NCBI GenBank assembly: GCA_036377075.1
Contig: DASUZB010000143.1
Location: forward strand, 15,577-79,576
Source: Actinomycetes bacterium
GTDB lineage: Bacteria; Actinomycetota; CALGFH01
Reading direction: 5' to 3'
DNA: 64,000 nt
Part shown: positions 18,601-27,825 of the stretch, piece after piece
Position numbering within the stretch: the stretch's first letter is position 1
Layout of the letters: each line of letters starts with the position of its first letter
Notes under the pieces: generated by a model
Told to the model about the DNA's origin: nothing
The model's database searches: none
The model's input: the letters and a program-made list of their open reading frames with translations, nothing else
Program-made: the position numbers and the translations under genes

Positions 18601-20416
18601 GCCGCTACGGATCGCCAACTGCTCGGGCTTCTACGGCGACCGGCTCTCGGCCGCGCGGGAGATGGTCGAGGGTGGCCCGATCGACGTGCTCACCGGCGAC
18701 TACCTGGCCGAGCTGACCATGGCGATCCTGTGGAAGGCGCGCGCCAAGGACCCGGGCGCCGGCTACGCGACCAGCTTCCTCGCCCAGTGGGAGCAGGTCG
18801 CCGCGGCCGTCGCCGAGCGCGGCACCAAGGTGGTGGTCAACGCGGGCGGCCTCAACCCCGCCGGGCTGGCCGACGCGGTGCGCGCGGTCGCCAGCCGGCT
18901 CGGGCTGGCGCTCCGGGTCGCCCACGTCGACGGCGACGACCTGCTCGCCCGCCTCCCCGAGCTGCAGGCCGCTGGCGAGCCCCTCGCCCACCTGGACGAC
19001 GGCCGCCCGCTCGCCACGCAGCCGCGTCAGCCCGTCGCGGCGAACGCCTACCTCGGCTGCTTCGGCATCGCCGAGGCGCTCGGCGCCGGCGCCGACGTGG
19101 TCGTCTGCGGGCGGGTCACCGACGCCGCGCTCACCATGGGCCCGGCCGCCTGGCACCACGGCTGGGCGCGCGACGACCTCGACGCCCTCGCCGGCGCGCT
19201 GGTCGCCGGGCACGTGATCGAGTGCGGCGCGCAGGCGACCGGCGGCAACTACGCCTTCTTCGCCGAGGTGCCGGGCCTGGAGGCCCCCGGCTTCCCGATC
19301 GCCGAGGTGGCCGCCGACGGCGGCGCGGTGATCACCAAGCACGCCGCGCACGGCGGGCTGGTCAGCGTCGGCACGGTCACCGCGCAGCTGCTCTACGAGG
19401 TCGCCGGCCCGCGCTACGCCTCGCCCGACGTGACCGCCAGGCTCGACACGGTGCGGATCGAGCCGGACGGGCCGGACCGGGTCCGCATCGGCGGCGTGCG
19501 CGGCGAGCCGCCACCGCCGACCACCAAGGTCGCGGTCGTCCTGCCGGGCGGCTGGCGCAACAGCGTCGGCTTCCTGCTCACCGGCCTCGACGTCGAGGCC
19601 AAGGCGGCCCTGGTGGAGCGGGCCCTGTGGCGGCGGCTCGGCGGCCGGGAGGCGTTCGCCCGCAGCGACGTGCGCCTGCTCGGCGGCGACCGGCTGGACC
19701 CGGCCAGCGCCGAGCAGGCCACCTCCGAGCTGCGCGTCACCGTGATGGACCCCGACCCGGCCAAGGTCGGCCGCCGCTTCTCGGCGGCCTGCGTCGAGCT
19801 GGCCCTGGCGAACTACCCGGGCTTCACCCTCACCGCGCCGCCGGGCCGCGAGACCGCCTTCGCCGTCTACTGGCCGACGCTGGTGGCCAACGAGGTCGTG
19901 CCCCACCGGGTCGTCCACCACGACGGCAGCTGCAGCACCGTCGCGCCGGCCCCGGTGGTCGCCGCGGCCGACCTCGACGACCCGGCCCCGCCGCTCCCGG
20001 CGGCGGCCACCGCGCCGGAGGCGGCCGACCCGGCCACCGGCACCGGGCCGGCCCGGCGCCCGCCCGGCGGCCCGACCGTGCGGGCGCCGCTCGGCCGGCT
20101 CGCCGGGGCTCGCTCCGGCGACAAGGGCGGCAACGCCAACCTCGGGGTCTGGGTCCGCGACCGGGCCGCCTACGCCTGGTTGGACGGCTTCCTCACGGTG
20201 GAGCGGCTGCGCGCGCTGCTGCCCGAGGCGGCCGGCCTGGAGGTGCGGCGCTACGCGTTCGCGAACCTGCTCGCGGTCAACTTCGTGATCGTCGGCCTGC
20301 TCGGCGAGGGCGTCGCCTCCTCCACCCGCCCCGACCCGCAGGCCAAGGGCCTCGGCGAGCAGCTCCGCGCCCGCCTGGTCGACCTCCCGGCGGCCCTCCT
20401 GCCGCCAGGCGCCTGA
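18593..20416 (+). CDS. acyclic terpene utilisation AtuA-family protein (DUF1446 fused to its C-terminal small domain)
   Basis: The ATG overlaps the upstream stop (ATGGCTGA). LRIANCSGFYGDRLSAAREMVEGGPIDVLTGDYLAE. C-terminal GARSGDKGGNANLGVW. Confidence 0.8.
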   Translation: MAEPLRIANCSGFYGDRLSAAREMVEGGPIDVLTGDYLAELTMAILWKARAKDPGAGYATSFLAQWEQVAAAVAERGTKVVVNAGGLNPAGLADAVRAVASRLGLALRVAHVDGDDLLARLPELQAAGEPLAHLDDGRPLATQPRQPVAANAYLGCFGIAEALGAGADVVVCGRVTDAALTMGPAAWHHGWARDDLDALAGALVAGHVIECGAQATGGNYAFFAEVPGLEAPGFPIAEVAADGGAVITKHAAHGGLVSVGTVTAQLLYEVAGPRYASPDVTARLDTVRIEPDGPDRVRIGGVRGEPPPPTTKVAVVLPGGWRNSVGFLLTGLDVEAKAALVERALWRRLGGREAFARSDVRLLGGDRLDPASAEQATSELRVTVMDPDPAKVGRRFSAACVELALANYPGFTLTAPPGRETAFAVYWPTLVANEVVPHRVVHHDGSCSTVAPAPVVAAADLDDPAPPLPAAATAPEAADPATGTGPARRPPGGPTVRAPLGRLAGARSGDKGGNANLGVWVRDRAAYAWLDGFLTVERLRALLPEAAGLEVRRYAFANLLAVNFVIVGLLGEGVASSTRPDPQAKGLGEQLRARLVDLPAALLPPGA

Positions 20417-20528
20417 CCAAGGGCTACCAGGGCAGGCGGCCGCGCCCCTGGACTGGTTCAAGTAGGCTACGCGGGGAAAACCGGGTATCACCAATCGAGT
20501 GCCTTCGGACGTCCGGGAGGACGGAGCC

Positions 20529-21008
20529 ATGAGCCGCGGGACCGCGATCTTCCTCATCGTGCTCGGGGCGATCCTCGGGTTCGCCGTCACGGCAGAGATC
20601 AGCGGCATCGACATCCAGACCGTCGGCTTCATCCTGCTGGTCGTCGGCGTCGGCGGTCTGCTGTGGTCGCTGCTCCGGACCAGCGCGGACCAGGAGGTCG
20701 TGCTCCTCCCCGAGCCCGAACAGCCGCACCCGACGGTGGAGCAGGTCGACCCGGTGGTCCTGGCGGAGCTGGTCGGGCGGGTCCACGCGCTCGTCGGCCA
20801 GTCGAGGACCTTCCTCGAGGCCGAGGGCTACACCAACGAGCGCATCGACGAGCTGGCGGCCGACTTCGTCGCCGGCGACCACGGCCGCTCCAGGGACGAG
20901 TTCATCGCCTGGGCGGTGTCGCACGACCACCTCCCACGGCCGGCCGTGCAGGAAGAGGTGCCGACCGTGCGCCAGGAGCCGGTCACGCGCGAGGACGAGC
21001 CCGCGTAG
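20529..21008 (+). CDS. small membrane protein (two TM segments, acidic C-terminal half)
   Basis: GGGAGGA precedes the ATG at 20529. MSRGTAIFLIVLGAILGFAV...GFILLVVGVGGLLW. Confidence 0.6.
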   Translation: MSRGTAIFLIVLGAILGFAVTAEISGIDIQTVGFILLVVGVGGLLWSLLRTSADQEVVLLPEPEQPHPTVEQVDPVVLAELVGRVHALVGQSRTFLEAEGYTNERIDELAADFVAGDHGRSRDEFIAWAVSHDHLPRPAVQEEVPTVRQEPVTREDEPA

Positions 21009-21010
21009 CG

Positions 21011-21475
21011 TCAGCCGGCGATCTCCTCGAGGACCCTGGCGGCGTGGCCGTCGGCCTTGACGTCGTACCAGGCACGCCCGACGTTCCCGTGTTCGTCGAC
21101 CAGGAAGGTGGAGCGCAGGATGCCGATCACCGTCTGGCCGTAGCGGACCCGCTCGCCCCAGGCGCCGTACTGGTCGGCGACCGCGTGGTCGGGATCGCTG
21201 AGCAGGGTGAAGCGGAGGCCGTACTTGGTGCGGAAGCGCTGGTGCGAGGCGGCGTCGTCGGGGGAGATGCCGATCACCGGGACCTCGGCGGCCTGGAACG
21301 CGTGCAGGTTGTCGTTGAACTGGCAGGCTTCCTTGGTGCAGCCGGGGGTGTCGTCGGCGGGGTAGAAGTAGACGAGCACCTTGCGGCCCTTGAAGTCTTC
21401 CAGCGAGACCGGCCTGCCGTCCTGGTCGGGCAAGGTGAACGCGGGTGCCTGGTCGCCGGCGTCGAGCTTGGTCAT
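21011..21475 (-). CDS. bcp: thiol peroxidase / peroxiredoxin Bcp
   Basis: VLVYFYPADDTPGCTKEAC, the peroxidatic Cys motif of the Bcp/PrxQ family. Confidence 0.9.
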   Translation of the reverse strand: MTKLDAGDQAPAFTLPDQDGRPVSLEDFKGRKVLVYFYPADDTPGCTKEACQFNDNLHAFQAAEVPVIGISPDDAASHQRFRTKYGLRFTLLSDPDHAVADQYGAWGERVRYGQTVIGILRSTFLVDEHGNVGRAWYDVKADGHAARVLEEIAG

Positions 21476-21565
21476 GCACTGCCTCGCTTGGTGGGACGAT
21501 GCTGCCGCCGACGACTGTATTGGTTCCGCCGGGACGTCACCACCTGACCGCTGCGCACCCGACGA

Positions 21566-21593
21566 CCACCCGGGGCCCGCGGCCGCCGGGTGG
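21566..21593 (-). terminator. GC-rich hairpin downstream of the WXG100 gene
   Basis: CCACCCGG (21566-21573) pairs with CCGGGTGG (21586-21593), with a 12-nt loop. It lies 18 nt beyond the stop. No U-tract. Confidence 0.35.
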
Positions 21594-21610
21594 CCGCCGG
21601 TTGGGGGAAC

Positions 21611-21907
21611 TCAGCCCACCCCGAAGGACGCCGCGATGCCCTGCTCGGTCTGCGCGTAGCGGGCCGCTGCCTGTCCCGTCAGCTGCGCCATGCCGGTCAG
21701 CGCCTCGTTGAGCCCGCGCGCGTCCCGCTGCCACTGCTCCCAGAGGGCCTGGAAGCGCGCCTGGGCCATGCCGGCCCAGTCGGAGCCGAGCGGCGCGACG
21801 CTGTTGGTGAGCTGCGCCAGGATGCCGTCGACGTTGCCGGCGCCGGCCGTGAGCTGGGTCGCGACCTGCTGGAGCTGCTCCGGCGTGACCCTGATCCCGC
21901 TCGCCAT
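21611..21907 (-). CDS. WXG100-family type VII secretion substrate (EsxA/EsxB-like)
   Basis: 98 aa helical hairpin. W-x-G at SDWAGM. C-terminal YAQTE matches the YxxxD/E export motif. AAGGAGG RBS. Confidence 0.85.
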   Translation of the reverse strand: MASGIRVTPEQLQQVATQLTAGAGNVDGILAQLTNSVAPLGSDWAGMAQARFQALWEQWQRDARGLNEALTGMAQLTGQAAARYAQTEQGIAASFGVG

Positions 21908-21973
21908 GCCAGCCTCCTTGGTGGAACGCGGTGTTCGATCGTCTGGTAATACGGGACGGACGGCGCGGGAGGT

Positions 21974-23626
21974 TCATCCCGGCGTGCCTGGCCCTTCGGC
22001 CAGGCCGGCCAGCAGGCAGGCGGCCAGCTCGTGCATTGCGGTGCGGCAGCCGGCGCCCGCGCTCGGCCAGGCGAAGCTGCCGGCCGCGAGCTCGGCGGCC
22101 GCCCGCGGGGCGCTGGGGACCGTCACCAGGCCGCGCGCGTCCGGCAGGTAGCCGCCGAGGCGGTCCAGGTCGAGGCTGGCCCGGGGCGCGTCCATCGCGG
22201 TGGCCTGCCGTGGCGGGCCGGCACCGGCCGGCATGCGGTTGACCACCACGGTGACGGGCAGCCCGGCGCGGATCAGCGGCAGCCCGGCCTCGACCGCCAG
22301 GCTGGCGCCGACCGGGTCGGCATCGGTGACCAGCAGGAGCTGGTCGCAGGCCTGGACGGCGGCCTGGCCGGCAGGCGCGTGCAGCCCCGCCCCGCAGTCG
22401 ACCAGCACCAGCGGGTAGAGCGAGCGCAGCCGCTGGAGCGACAGCCGCCAGGCGCGCTCGTCGAGCGGCGCCCGCCGTGCCGGGGCGGGCAGCACCGCCA
22501 GGCCGTGGGCCGCGCGGCCCAGCCGCGCGTCCAGCCCTTCCCGGGTCGGCATCGCCCGCGCCAGCCGCGCCACCAGGTCGTCGGCCAGCCAGGCGGGGGG
22601 CCGCTCCGGGACGGGCGCGGCTCGTCCCAGCCGCGCGAGCAGGTCTTCGGCGCCCGCCTGCCGGTCGCCGGCGGAGCGCGCGGCAGTCCCCAGTGCGCCG
22701 GCCTCCCAGCCGATTCCGAGGACGCGCGCCAGCGAGCCTGGGTGGTCGCTGCCGCCGGCGTCGACGGCCAGCACCCGCTCCCGCCGGTGCAGCGCCAGCA
22801 GCGTGCCGAGCAGCCCGGTGACGGTGGTCGCGCCGACGCCGTCCCTGGCCGCGGCGACCGCGACCGTCACCGCCCGGCGGGGCAGCGGCGCCCCGACGGC
22901 CGCGTCGAGCTGCTCCAGGTAGGAGCTGGAGCGCCATGCCCGCCGCACCGACCGCAGCCGTCCGAGTCCCGCCCGGCCAGGCGGGCCGCCGGCCCGCGCC
23001 CCTGCCGCCGCCTCCTGCCATCTGGCCTGGCCCGGTCCCGCGTCCCTGCCTGGCGCCGGTTCGTGCCAGGTGGCGCCCGCCGTTCCCGGGTCGGGCGGGG
23101 CCTCGACCGGGGCGAAGGCGGCGGCGCCCATGGGCGCGGCGCCGCGCCGGCCGGAGGCGGCCTCGGTCGCCGCCAGCAGCGCCATCACCAGGCCGCCCTT
23201 GAAGCGCGGGGGGCGTGGCCGGGGAGCGGTCGTGGGCTCGCCGGCCTCGGTCGGGGCGGCGAGCAGCGCCTGGGCGGCCAAGGTGGCGCGTTCGGCCAGC
23301 GGGTGGCGTGGCGGCAGCGCGGCGGCGGTGCGCTCGACGGGGCTGCGGCCGTCCCTCGGCGGTGGCGGAGGCGGCGGCGCCGCCGGGGCGGGGCGGGGCG
23401 TGCCGAGGTGGAGCAGGGCGCCGTTGAGGATCCCGGCGGCAGCGAGCGACGAACCGGCCGGGAGCGGATGCCCACCGACCGGCGTGAGCGTCAGGCCGTC
23501 GGGGGCGGTGTCGTCGCCGAGCAGCCGTGCCAGCACCGGCAGCAGCTCGGCCACTGGCGCGTCGGCCGGCAGCGACAGGTCGCGCCGCCCACGCGGCCCG
23601 GCGACCGTGACCAGCAGGGTGCGCAC
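21974..23626 (-). CDS. YukD/EsaB-like ubiquitin-fold domain, Pro-rich linker and MinD/ParA-like domain with a degenerate Walker A
   Basis: N-terminus MRTLLVTVAGPRGRRDLSLPADAPVAELLPVLARLLG...GILNGALLHL is YukD-like. C-terminus VTVAVAAARDGVGATTVTGLLGT...VLAVDAGG...YPLVLVDCGAG is SIMIBI ParA/MinD-like. GTG start 3 nt after the eccC stop. Confidence 0.7.
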   Translation of the reverse strand: MRTLLVTVAGPRGRRDLSLPADAPVAELLPVLARLLGDDTAPDGLTLTPVGGHPLPAGSSLAAAGILNGALLHLGTPRPAPAAPPPPPPPRDGRSPVERTAAALPPRHPLAERATLAAQALLAAPTEAGEPTTAPRPRPPRFKGGLVMALLAATEAASGRRGAAPMGAAAFAPVEAPPDPGTAGATWHEPAPGRDAGPGQARWQEAAAGARAGGPPGRAGLGRLRSVRRAWRSSSYLEQLDAAVGAPLPRRAVTVAVAAARDGVGATTVTGLLGTLLALHRRERVLAVDAGGSDHPGSLARVLGIGWEAGALGTAARSAGDRQAGAEDLLARLGRAAPVPERPPAWLADDLVARLARAMPTREGLDARLGRAAHGLAVLPAPARRAPLDERAWRLSLQRLRSLYPLVLVDCGAGLHAPAGQAAVQACDQLLLVTDADPVGASLAVEAGLPLIRAGLPVTVVVNRMPAGAGPPRQATAMDAPRASLDLDRLGGYLPDARGLVTVPSAPRAAAELAAGSFAWPSAGAGCRTAMHELAACLLAGLAEGPGTPG

Positions 23627-23629
23627 CGC

Positions 23630-26600
23630 TCAGCCCTCCACCGCGCGGGCGGGCGCGGCCGGTTCCCGCCGGGGTCTGGTGGGCGCCTGGGCGGCCTGGA
23701 CGAGCACGGCGGCGCGGCGCCGGACCAGCTGACCGCGGCCGGGCGGGAGCGGCTCGGCCTTGCGCCCGCCGAGCAGGGGACCCTCGTCAGGGTCGCCGCT
23801 CATCAGCAGGCCGGGCGGCCCCAGCTCGCGGAGGCGCTGCAGCAGCGGCTCGAAGGCGCTGCGCGCGAGCCCGCCGACGCGCCGCGCGAGGACCAGGTGG
23901 AAGCCGACGTCACGGCCCTGCGCGAGGAACTCGGCGAGGCCGGCGAGCGGGTTGCCGACCGCGCCGGCGACCAGGTCGTAGTCGTCGACCAGCAGCACCA
24001 GCTCCGGGCCCGACCAGGCGCGGGCCTGGCGCAGCGCGCTCACCGACAGGTCGGCGGGCCGCCAGCGGCCCGCCAGCTCCGCGGCGAGCCGCGCGGCCAG
24101 CTCGGCGGCCGTCTCCGCGGTGCAGGCGTAGCCGAGCAGGTGCGCCTCGTCGACCGCGTCGAGCAACTGGCGCCGGTAGTCGACGACCGCGACCTGCAGC
24201 CGCTGCGGCGGCCACGCCGCCACCAGGCGCCGCGCCAGCCCGCCGAGCAGGGTGGTCTTGCCGCAGCGGTCGTCGCCGAGCACCAGGAAGTGCGGGTCGT
24301 CGCCGAACAGGTCGACCCGTGCGGGGCGCAGGCCGTGCTCCTCCAGGCCGATGGCGGCGCCCCGCTCCGCGTCGTCGCCGGAGTCGGGGAGGTCCTCGGG
24401 GCGCACCTCGCGCGGCAGGGTGCGCACCGGCGGCGCGGCGGGCGCCCCGCGCCAGCGCGCCGCCACGTCGGCGACCAGGCGCTCCACGCCGAGGGCGAGG
24501 CCGCCGACGTCGGCCAGCCCGTCGGCGCGCGGCAGCGCCGCCTGGAACACGGCGCCGGCGCGGTCCAGGCCCCGGCCCGGGACGCCGGCAGGCAGGGTGG
24601 CGGCCGCATGCCGGTCGATCTCCGACTCCACCGGGTCGTTGAGGCGCAGCTCCAGGCGGCCGCCGAGGTTGTCCCGCAGCGCCAGCCGCAGGTCGGTCCA
24701 GCGGTTGGCGGCGATCACCAGGTGGATGCCGTAGTGCAGCCCGGATGCCGCCAGCTCCAGCAGGTCGTCGGTCAGCTCGGCGAACTCGGCGGCGAACAGC
24801 GCCCAGTTGTCGACCAGCACCAGCACCTCGCCGTGCCCGCCGGGCAGCGCGCCGTCCCGCCGGGCGCGGTGGTGGGCGGCCATGCCGTCGAACCCGTGGC
24901 GCCGGAACGCCCCGGCCCGCTCGGCGGCGATCGCGCGCAGCTCGCGCACGAGGCGGTGCACCTGCTCCCGGTCGCTGCGGCCGCAGACCACGCCGACGTG
25001 GGGCAGCCCGGCGAGGGCGTGCAGCCGCCCGCCGCCGAGGTCGACCGCGTACACCTGGGCGTCGGCGGGGTCGTGGGTCAGGGCGAGCGCGGCGACCAGC
25101 GCGGCCAGCAGCGTCGACTTGCCCGACCGTGGCGCGCCGACCAGGGCGAGGTGGCCGCCGCCGCCGTTCAGGTCGAGCACGAACGGGACCTGCGCCTGCT
25201 CGCGGGGACGGTCGGCGAGGCCGAGCGGGACCGTGAGCCAGCCGGGCCCGCCCGGCCGCCGCGGCTCCGCGCCCAGGTCGAGCACCGCGTCCAGCGGCAG
25301 GGTTTCGGGCAGTGGCGCCAGCCACACCGGTCGCGCGCGCCGCCCCGGCGGCGTGGAGGCGCACAGCCCGGCGACCGCCACCTGCATCTCGGTGCGCACC
25401 GCCGCGCCGCCGGTATCGGGAATCACCGTGCCGGCGCCCGCAGCCTTGCCATCCGCGGGCGCCGGCGCGGCACCTTGGCCGGCCTCGGTGGCTGGGCCGG
25501 CCGTGGCTCCGGGCTCTGCCCTGGCGGCGCCGCCGAGGACGGCCAGCTCGCTGCCGAGGCCGCCGATGCCGAAGGCGTGGACCACACTGGTGGGCTCGGC
25601 CGCCGAACTGGTCACCCGCCACGGGCGGGTGACCAGCGCGGCCTTGAAGCGCTGCTTGGCGCCGTCGACCCGTAGCCAGCCGAGCCCCGGCAGGGGCGGC
25701 AGCTCGAACGCCTCCCGGCCCCCGAGGGCGACCACCGACTCCTCCGCGCTGAAGGTGCGCAGGCAGATGCGGTAGCGCAGGTGGCTCTCGAGGCCGCGGA
25801 TGCGGCCCTCGTCGAGCCGCTGCGTCGCCAGCAGGAGGTGGACCCCGAGGCTGCGGCCGGTGCGGCCGATGGAGACGAACAGGTCGAGGAAGTCGGGCCG
25901 TGCGGCCAGCAGCTCGCCGAACTCGTCGACGATCACCAGCAGGGACGGCAGCGGCGCCAGCCCGGCGTGCGGGTTGGCCGCCCGGTGGGCCTGGTAGTCG
26001 CGAGCCCGGTCGAAGTTGCCCGCCGCCGCCAGCAGGCGCTGGCGCCGCTCGAGCTCCCCGAACAGCGCCTCGTGCATGCGGCCGACCAGGGTCGGCTCGC
26101 GCTCCAGGTTGGTGATCACGCCGGCGACGTGCGGCAGGGCGGCCACCTCGGCGAAGGTCGCCCCGCCCTTGTAGTCGACCAGGACGAGCGCCAGCTCCTC
26201 CGGTGCGTGCCCGAGGGCGAGCCCGGTCACCAGGGTGCGCAGCAGCTCGCTCTTGCCCGATCCGGTGGCCCCGACCACCAGCCCGTGCGGTCCCATGCCG
26301 TCCTCGGCCGCCTCCTTGAGGTCGAGCGCGACCGGGCGCCCGTCGTCGCCGACCCCGATGGGGGTGCGCAGCAGCCCCGCGCCGCGGCGGCCCGGGTCCG
26401 CCGGCGGCCCGGCGCCGTCGAGGCCGAGGAGGCCGAGCAGGCCCTTGGAGTCGACCGTGGCCGAGCCTCCCCCGGGCGTGCGCAGCACCAGCGGGGCCAT
26501 CGCCCTGGCGATCGCCTCGCACAGCTCCACCGGGGCCGTGTCCGGCACCAGGCCGTGTTCGTGGCGGCCGTCGGGCGTCAGCTCGGCGTAGTCGAGCCAG

Positions 26601-27799
26601 CCGTCCGCGCCCAGCTCCAGCACCGCGCCGGCCCGCGCCGGCACCTCGTCGGGCCGCTCCACCAACGTGACGACCAGCACGCCCAGCTCGGCCGCGACCG
26701 TCAGGAGCCGGTCGAGGACGGGCAGGCGGCCCACCGGGTCCATGGGCCGGTAGCCGTCCACGATCACCACGACCGGCTGCAGGCCGACCGCCGCCGCGGC
26801 GCCGACCGGTGCGACCTCGGCGCGGCTCCGCTCCAGGTGCTCGAGCCGTGGCTGCACCAGCTGGGTGAGCAGCACGTCCAGGTCGTCCGGGTCGACCGTC
26901 AGGGCGACCGTCCCGCGGCCGTCCGCCGCGACCGCCCCGGCCTCGCGCACGTGCGGCAGCCACTTCATCCAGCTCCACGCCGGCTCGGCGGACGGCTCGA
27001 ACCAGGCGACCAGGCGCAGGTCGTCCGGGGCGTGCCAGATGGTGAGCTGGCAGACGAGCGCGCGCGCCAGCCCCCTGGCCGTCTCCCGGTCGCCCACCAC
27101 CGCCAGCGAGCCGAGCTCGCCGGCGGCGACCGTCAGCGGCATGCCCGCCAGGCGACGGTGGCCGTCGACCACCTCCCTGGCGGCGGCCTCGAGCTCGGTA
27201 ACGTACTCGACCAGCGGGTTGCTGCCGAGGTCGAGGCGGACCGGCACGGCCAGCGGGACGGTGCCGAGGCCGACGCGGGCGTGGAGGAAGTCCGGGTCGG
27301 TGCGGCGCCGCTCCCAGAGGTGGCGGCGCCCGGCGACCACCGGCCACAACGCGGCGACGGCCGGGTGGACGCGGGCTGCCGCCGCCCGCTGTGCGGCCGC
27401 CACCGCGTCGAGCCGGCGCCGCTGCTCGTCCAGGTGGGCGTGGTAGCGCTCGGTGTCGCGGCGGCGCTTGCGCCGCGACCCGCGCCGCTGCCCGACGTAC
27501 ATGGCGACCGCGAGGACGACGCTCAGCACCACGATCCCGCCGGCGACGGCGAGGAACAGCGGGTTGCGGTAGACGAAGGCGAAGCTCGCCATCCCGAGGC
27601 TGCCGACGAGGGGGAGCAGGACCTGCAGGAAGGCGCGCGGCGACGGGGGGTCGAGGGTCGGCGGCGCGGCCACGAGCACCGGCTCGCCGGCGACCGGCTC
27701 CGGGAACGCCCGCGCGGGGCGGTGGAACAGCACCGACCCTGGCGGGCCGTCGCCCGGGCCGGTCCGTTCGCCGGACCGGTCGGGTACCGTGGTCGTCAC
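23630..27799 (-). CDS. eccC: EccC-type FtsK/SpoIIIE type VII secretion ATPase (3 P-loop domains)
   Basis: Two N-terminal TM segments and no FHA domains. Walker A motifs GATGSGKS, GAPRSGKS and GDDRCGKT. Confidence 0.9.
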   Translation of the reverse strand: MTTTVPDRSGERTGPGDGPPGSVLFHRPARAFPEPVAGEPVLVAAPPTLDPPSPRAFLQVLLPLVGSLGMASFAFVYRNPLFLAVAGGIVVLSVVLAVAMYVGQRRGSRRKRRRDTERYHAHLDEQRRRLDAVAAAQRAAAARVHPAVAALWPVVAGRRHLWERRRTDPDFLHARVGLGTVPLAVPVRLDLGSNPLVEYVTELEAAAREVVDGHRRLAGMPLTVAAGELGSLAVVGDRETARGLARALVCQLTIWHAPDDLRLVAWFEPSAEPAWSWMKWLPHVREAGAVAADGRGTVALTVDPDDLDVLLTQLVQPRLEHLERSRAEVAPVGAAAAVGLQPVVVIVDGYRPMDPVGRLPVLDRLLTVAAELGVLVVTLVERPDEVPARAGAVLELGADGWLDYAELTPDGRHEHGLVPDTAPVELCEAIARAMAPLVLRTPGGGSATVDSKGLLGLLGLDGAGPPADPGRRGAGLLRTPIGVGDDGRPVALDLKEAAEDGMGPHGLVVGATGSGKSELLRTLVTGLALGHAPEELALVLVDYKGGATFAEVAALPHVAGVITNLEREPTLVGRMHEALFGELERRQRLLAAAGNFDRARDYQAHRAANPHAGLAPLPSLLVIVDEFGELLAARPDFLDLFVSIGRTGRSLGVHLLLATQRLDEGRIRGLESHLRYRICLRTFSAEESVVALGGREAFELPPLPGLGWLRVDGAKQRFKAALVTRPWRVTSSAAEPTSVVHAFGIGGLGSELAVLGGAARAEPGATAGPATEAGQGAAPAPADGKAAGAGTVIPDTGGAAVRTEMQVAVAGLCASTPPGRRARPVWLAPLPETLPLDAVLDLGAEPRRPGGPGWLTVPLGLADRPREQAQVPFVLDLNGGGGHLALVGAPRSGKSTLLAALVAALALTHDPADAQVYAVDLGGGRLHALAGLPHVGVVCGRSDREQVHRLVRELRAIAAERAGAFRRHGFDGMAAHHRARRDGALPGGHGEVLVLVDNWALFAAEFAELTDDLLELAASGLHYGIHLVIAANRWTDLRLALRDNLGGRLELRLNDPVESEIDRHAAATLPAGVPGRGLDRAGAVFQAALPRADGLADVGGLALGVERLVADVAARWRGAPAAPPVRTLPREVRPEDLPDSGDDAERGAAIGLEEHGLRPARVDLFGDDPHFLVLGDDRCGKTTLLGGLARRLVAAWPPQRLQVAVVDYRRQLLDAVDEAHLLGYACTAETAAELAARLAAELAGRWRPADLSVSALRQARAWSGPELVLLVDDYDLVAGAVGNPLAGLAEFLAQGRDVGFHLVLARRVGGLARSAFEPLLQRLRELGPPGLLMSGDPDEGPLLGGRKAEPLPPGRGQLVRRRAAVLVQAAQAPTRPRREPAAPARAVEG

Positions 27800-27825
27800 C
27801 GTCCACCTCCTCGTCCTACGGCAGG

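Noticed and set aside
13711-18618. 1635-aa minus-strand ORF spanning the ATPase, L,D-transpeptidase, acyl-CoA dehydrogenase and enoyl-CoA hydratase genes.
   Set aside because: It is an antisense shadow ORF typical of high-GC DNA. The product is Arg/Gly/Ala/Pro-rich with no motifs, and the plus strand carries four clearly recognisable genes.
20417-20445. Hairpin-like sequence CCAGGGCAGGCGGCCGCGCCCCTGG after the AtuA gene, considered as a terminator.
   Set aside because: The stem is imperfect, with an extra C in the 3' arm and a central GCGGCCGC palindrome. It is short compared with the other hairpins in the window, so support is too weak to list as a feature.
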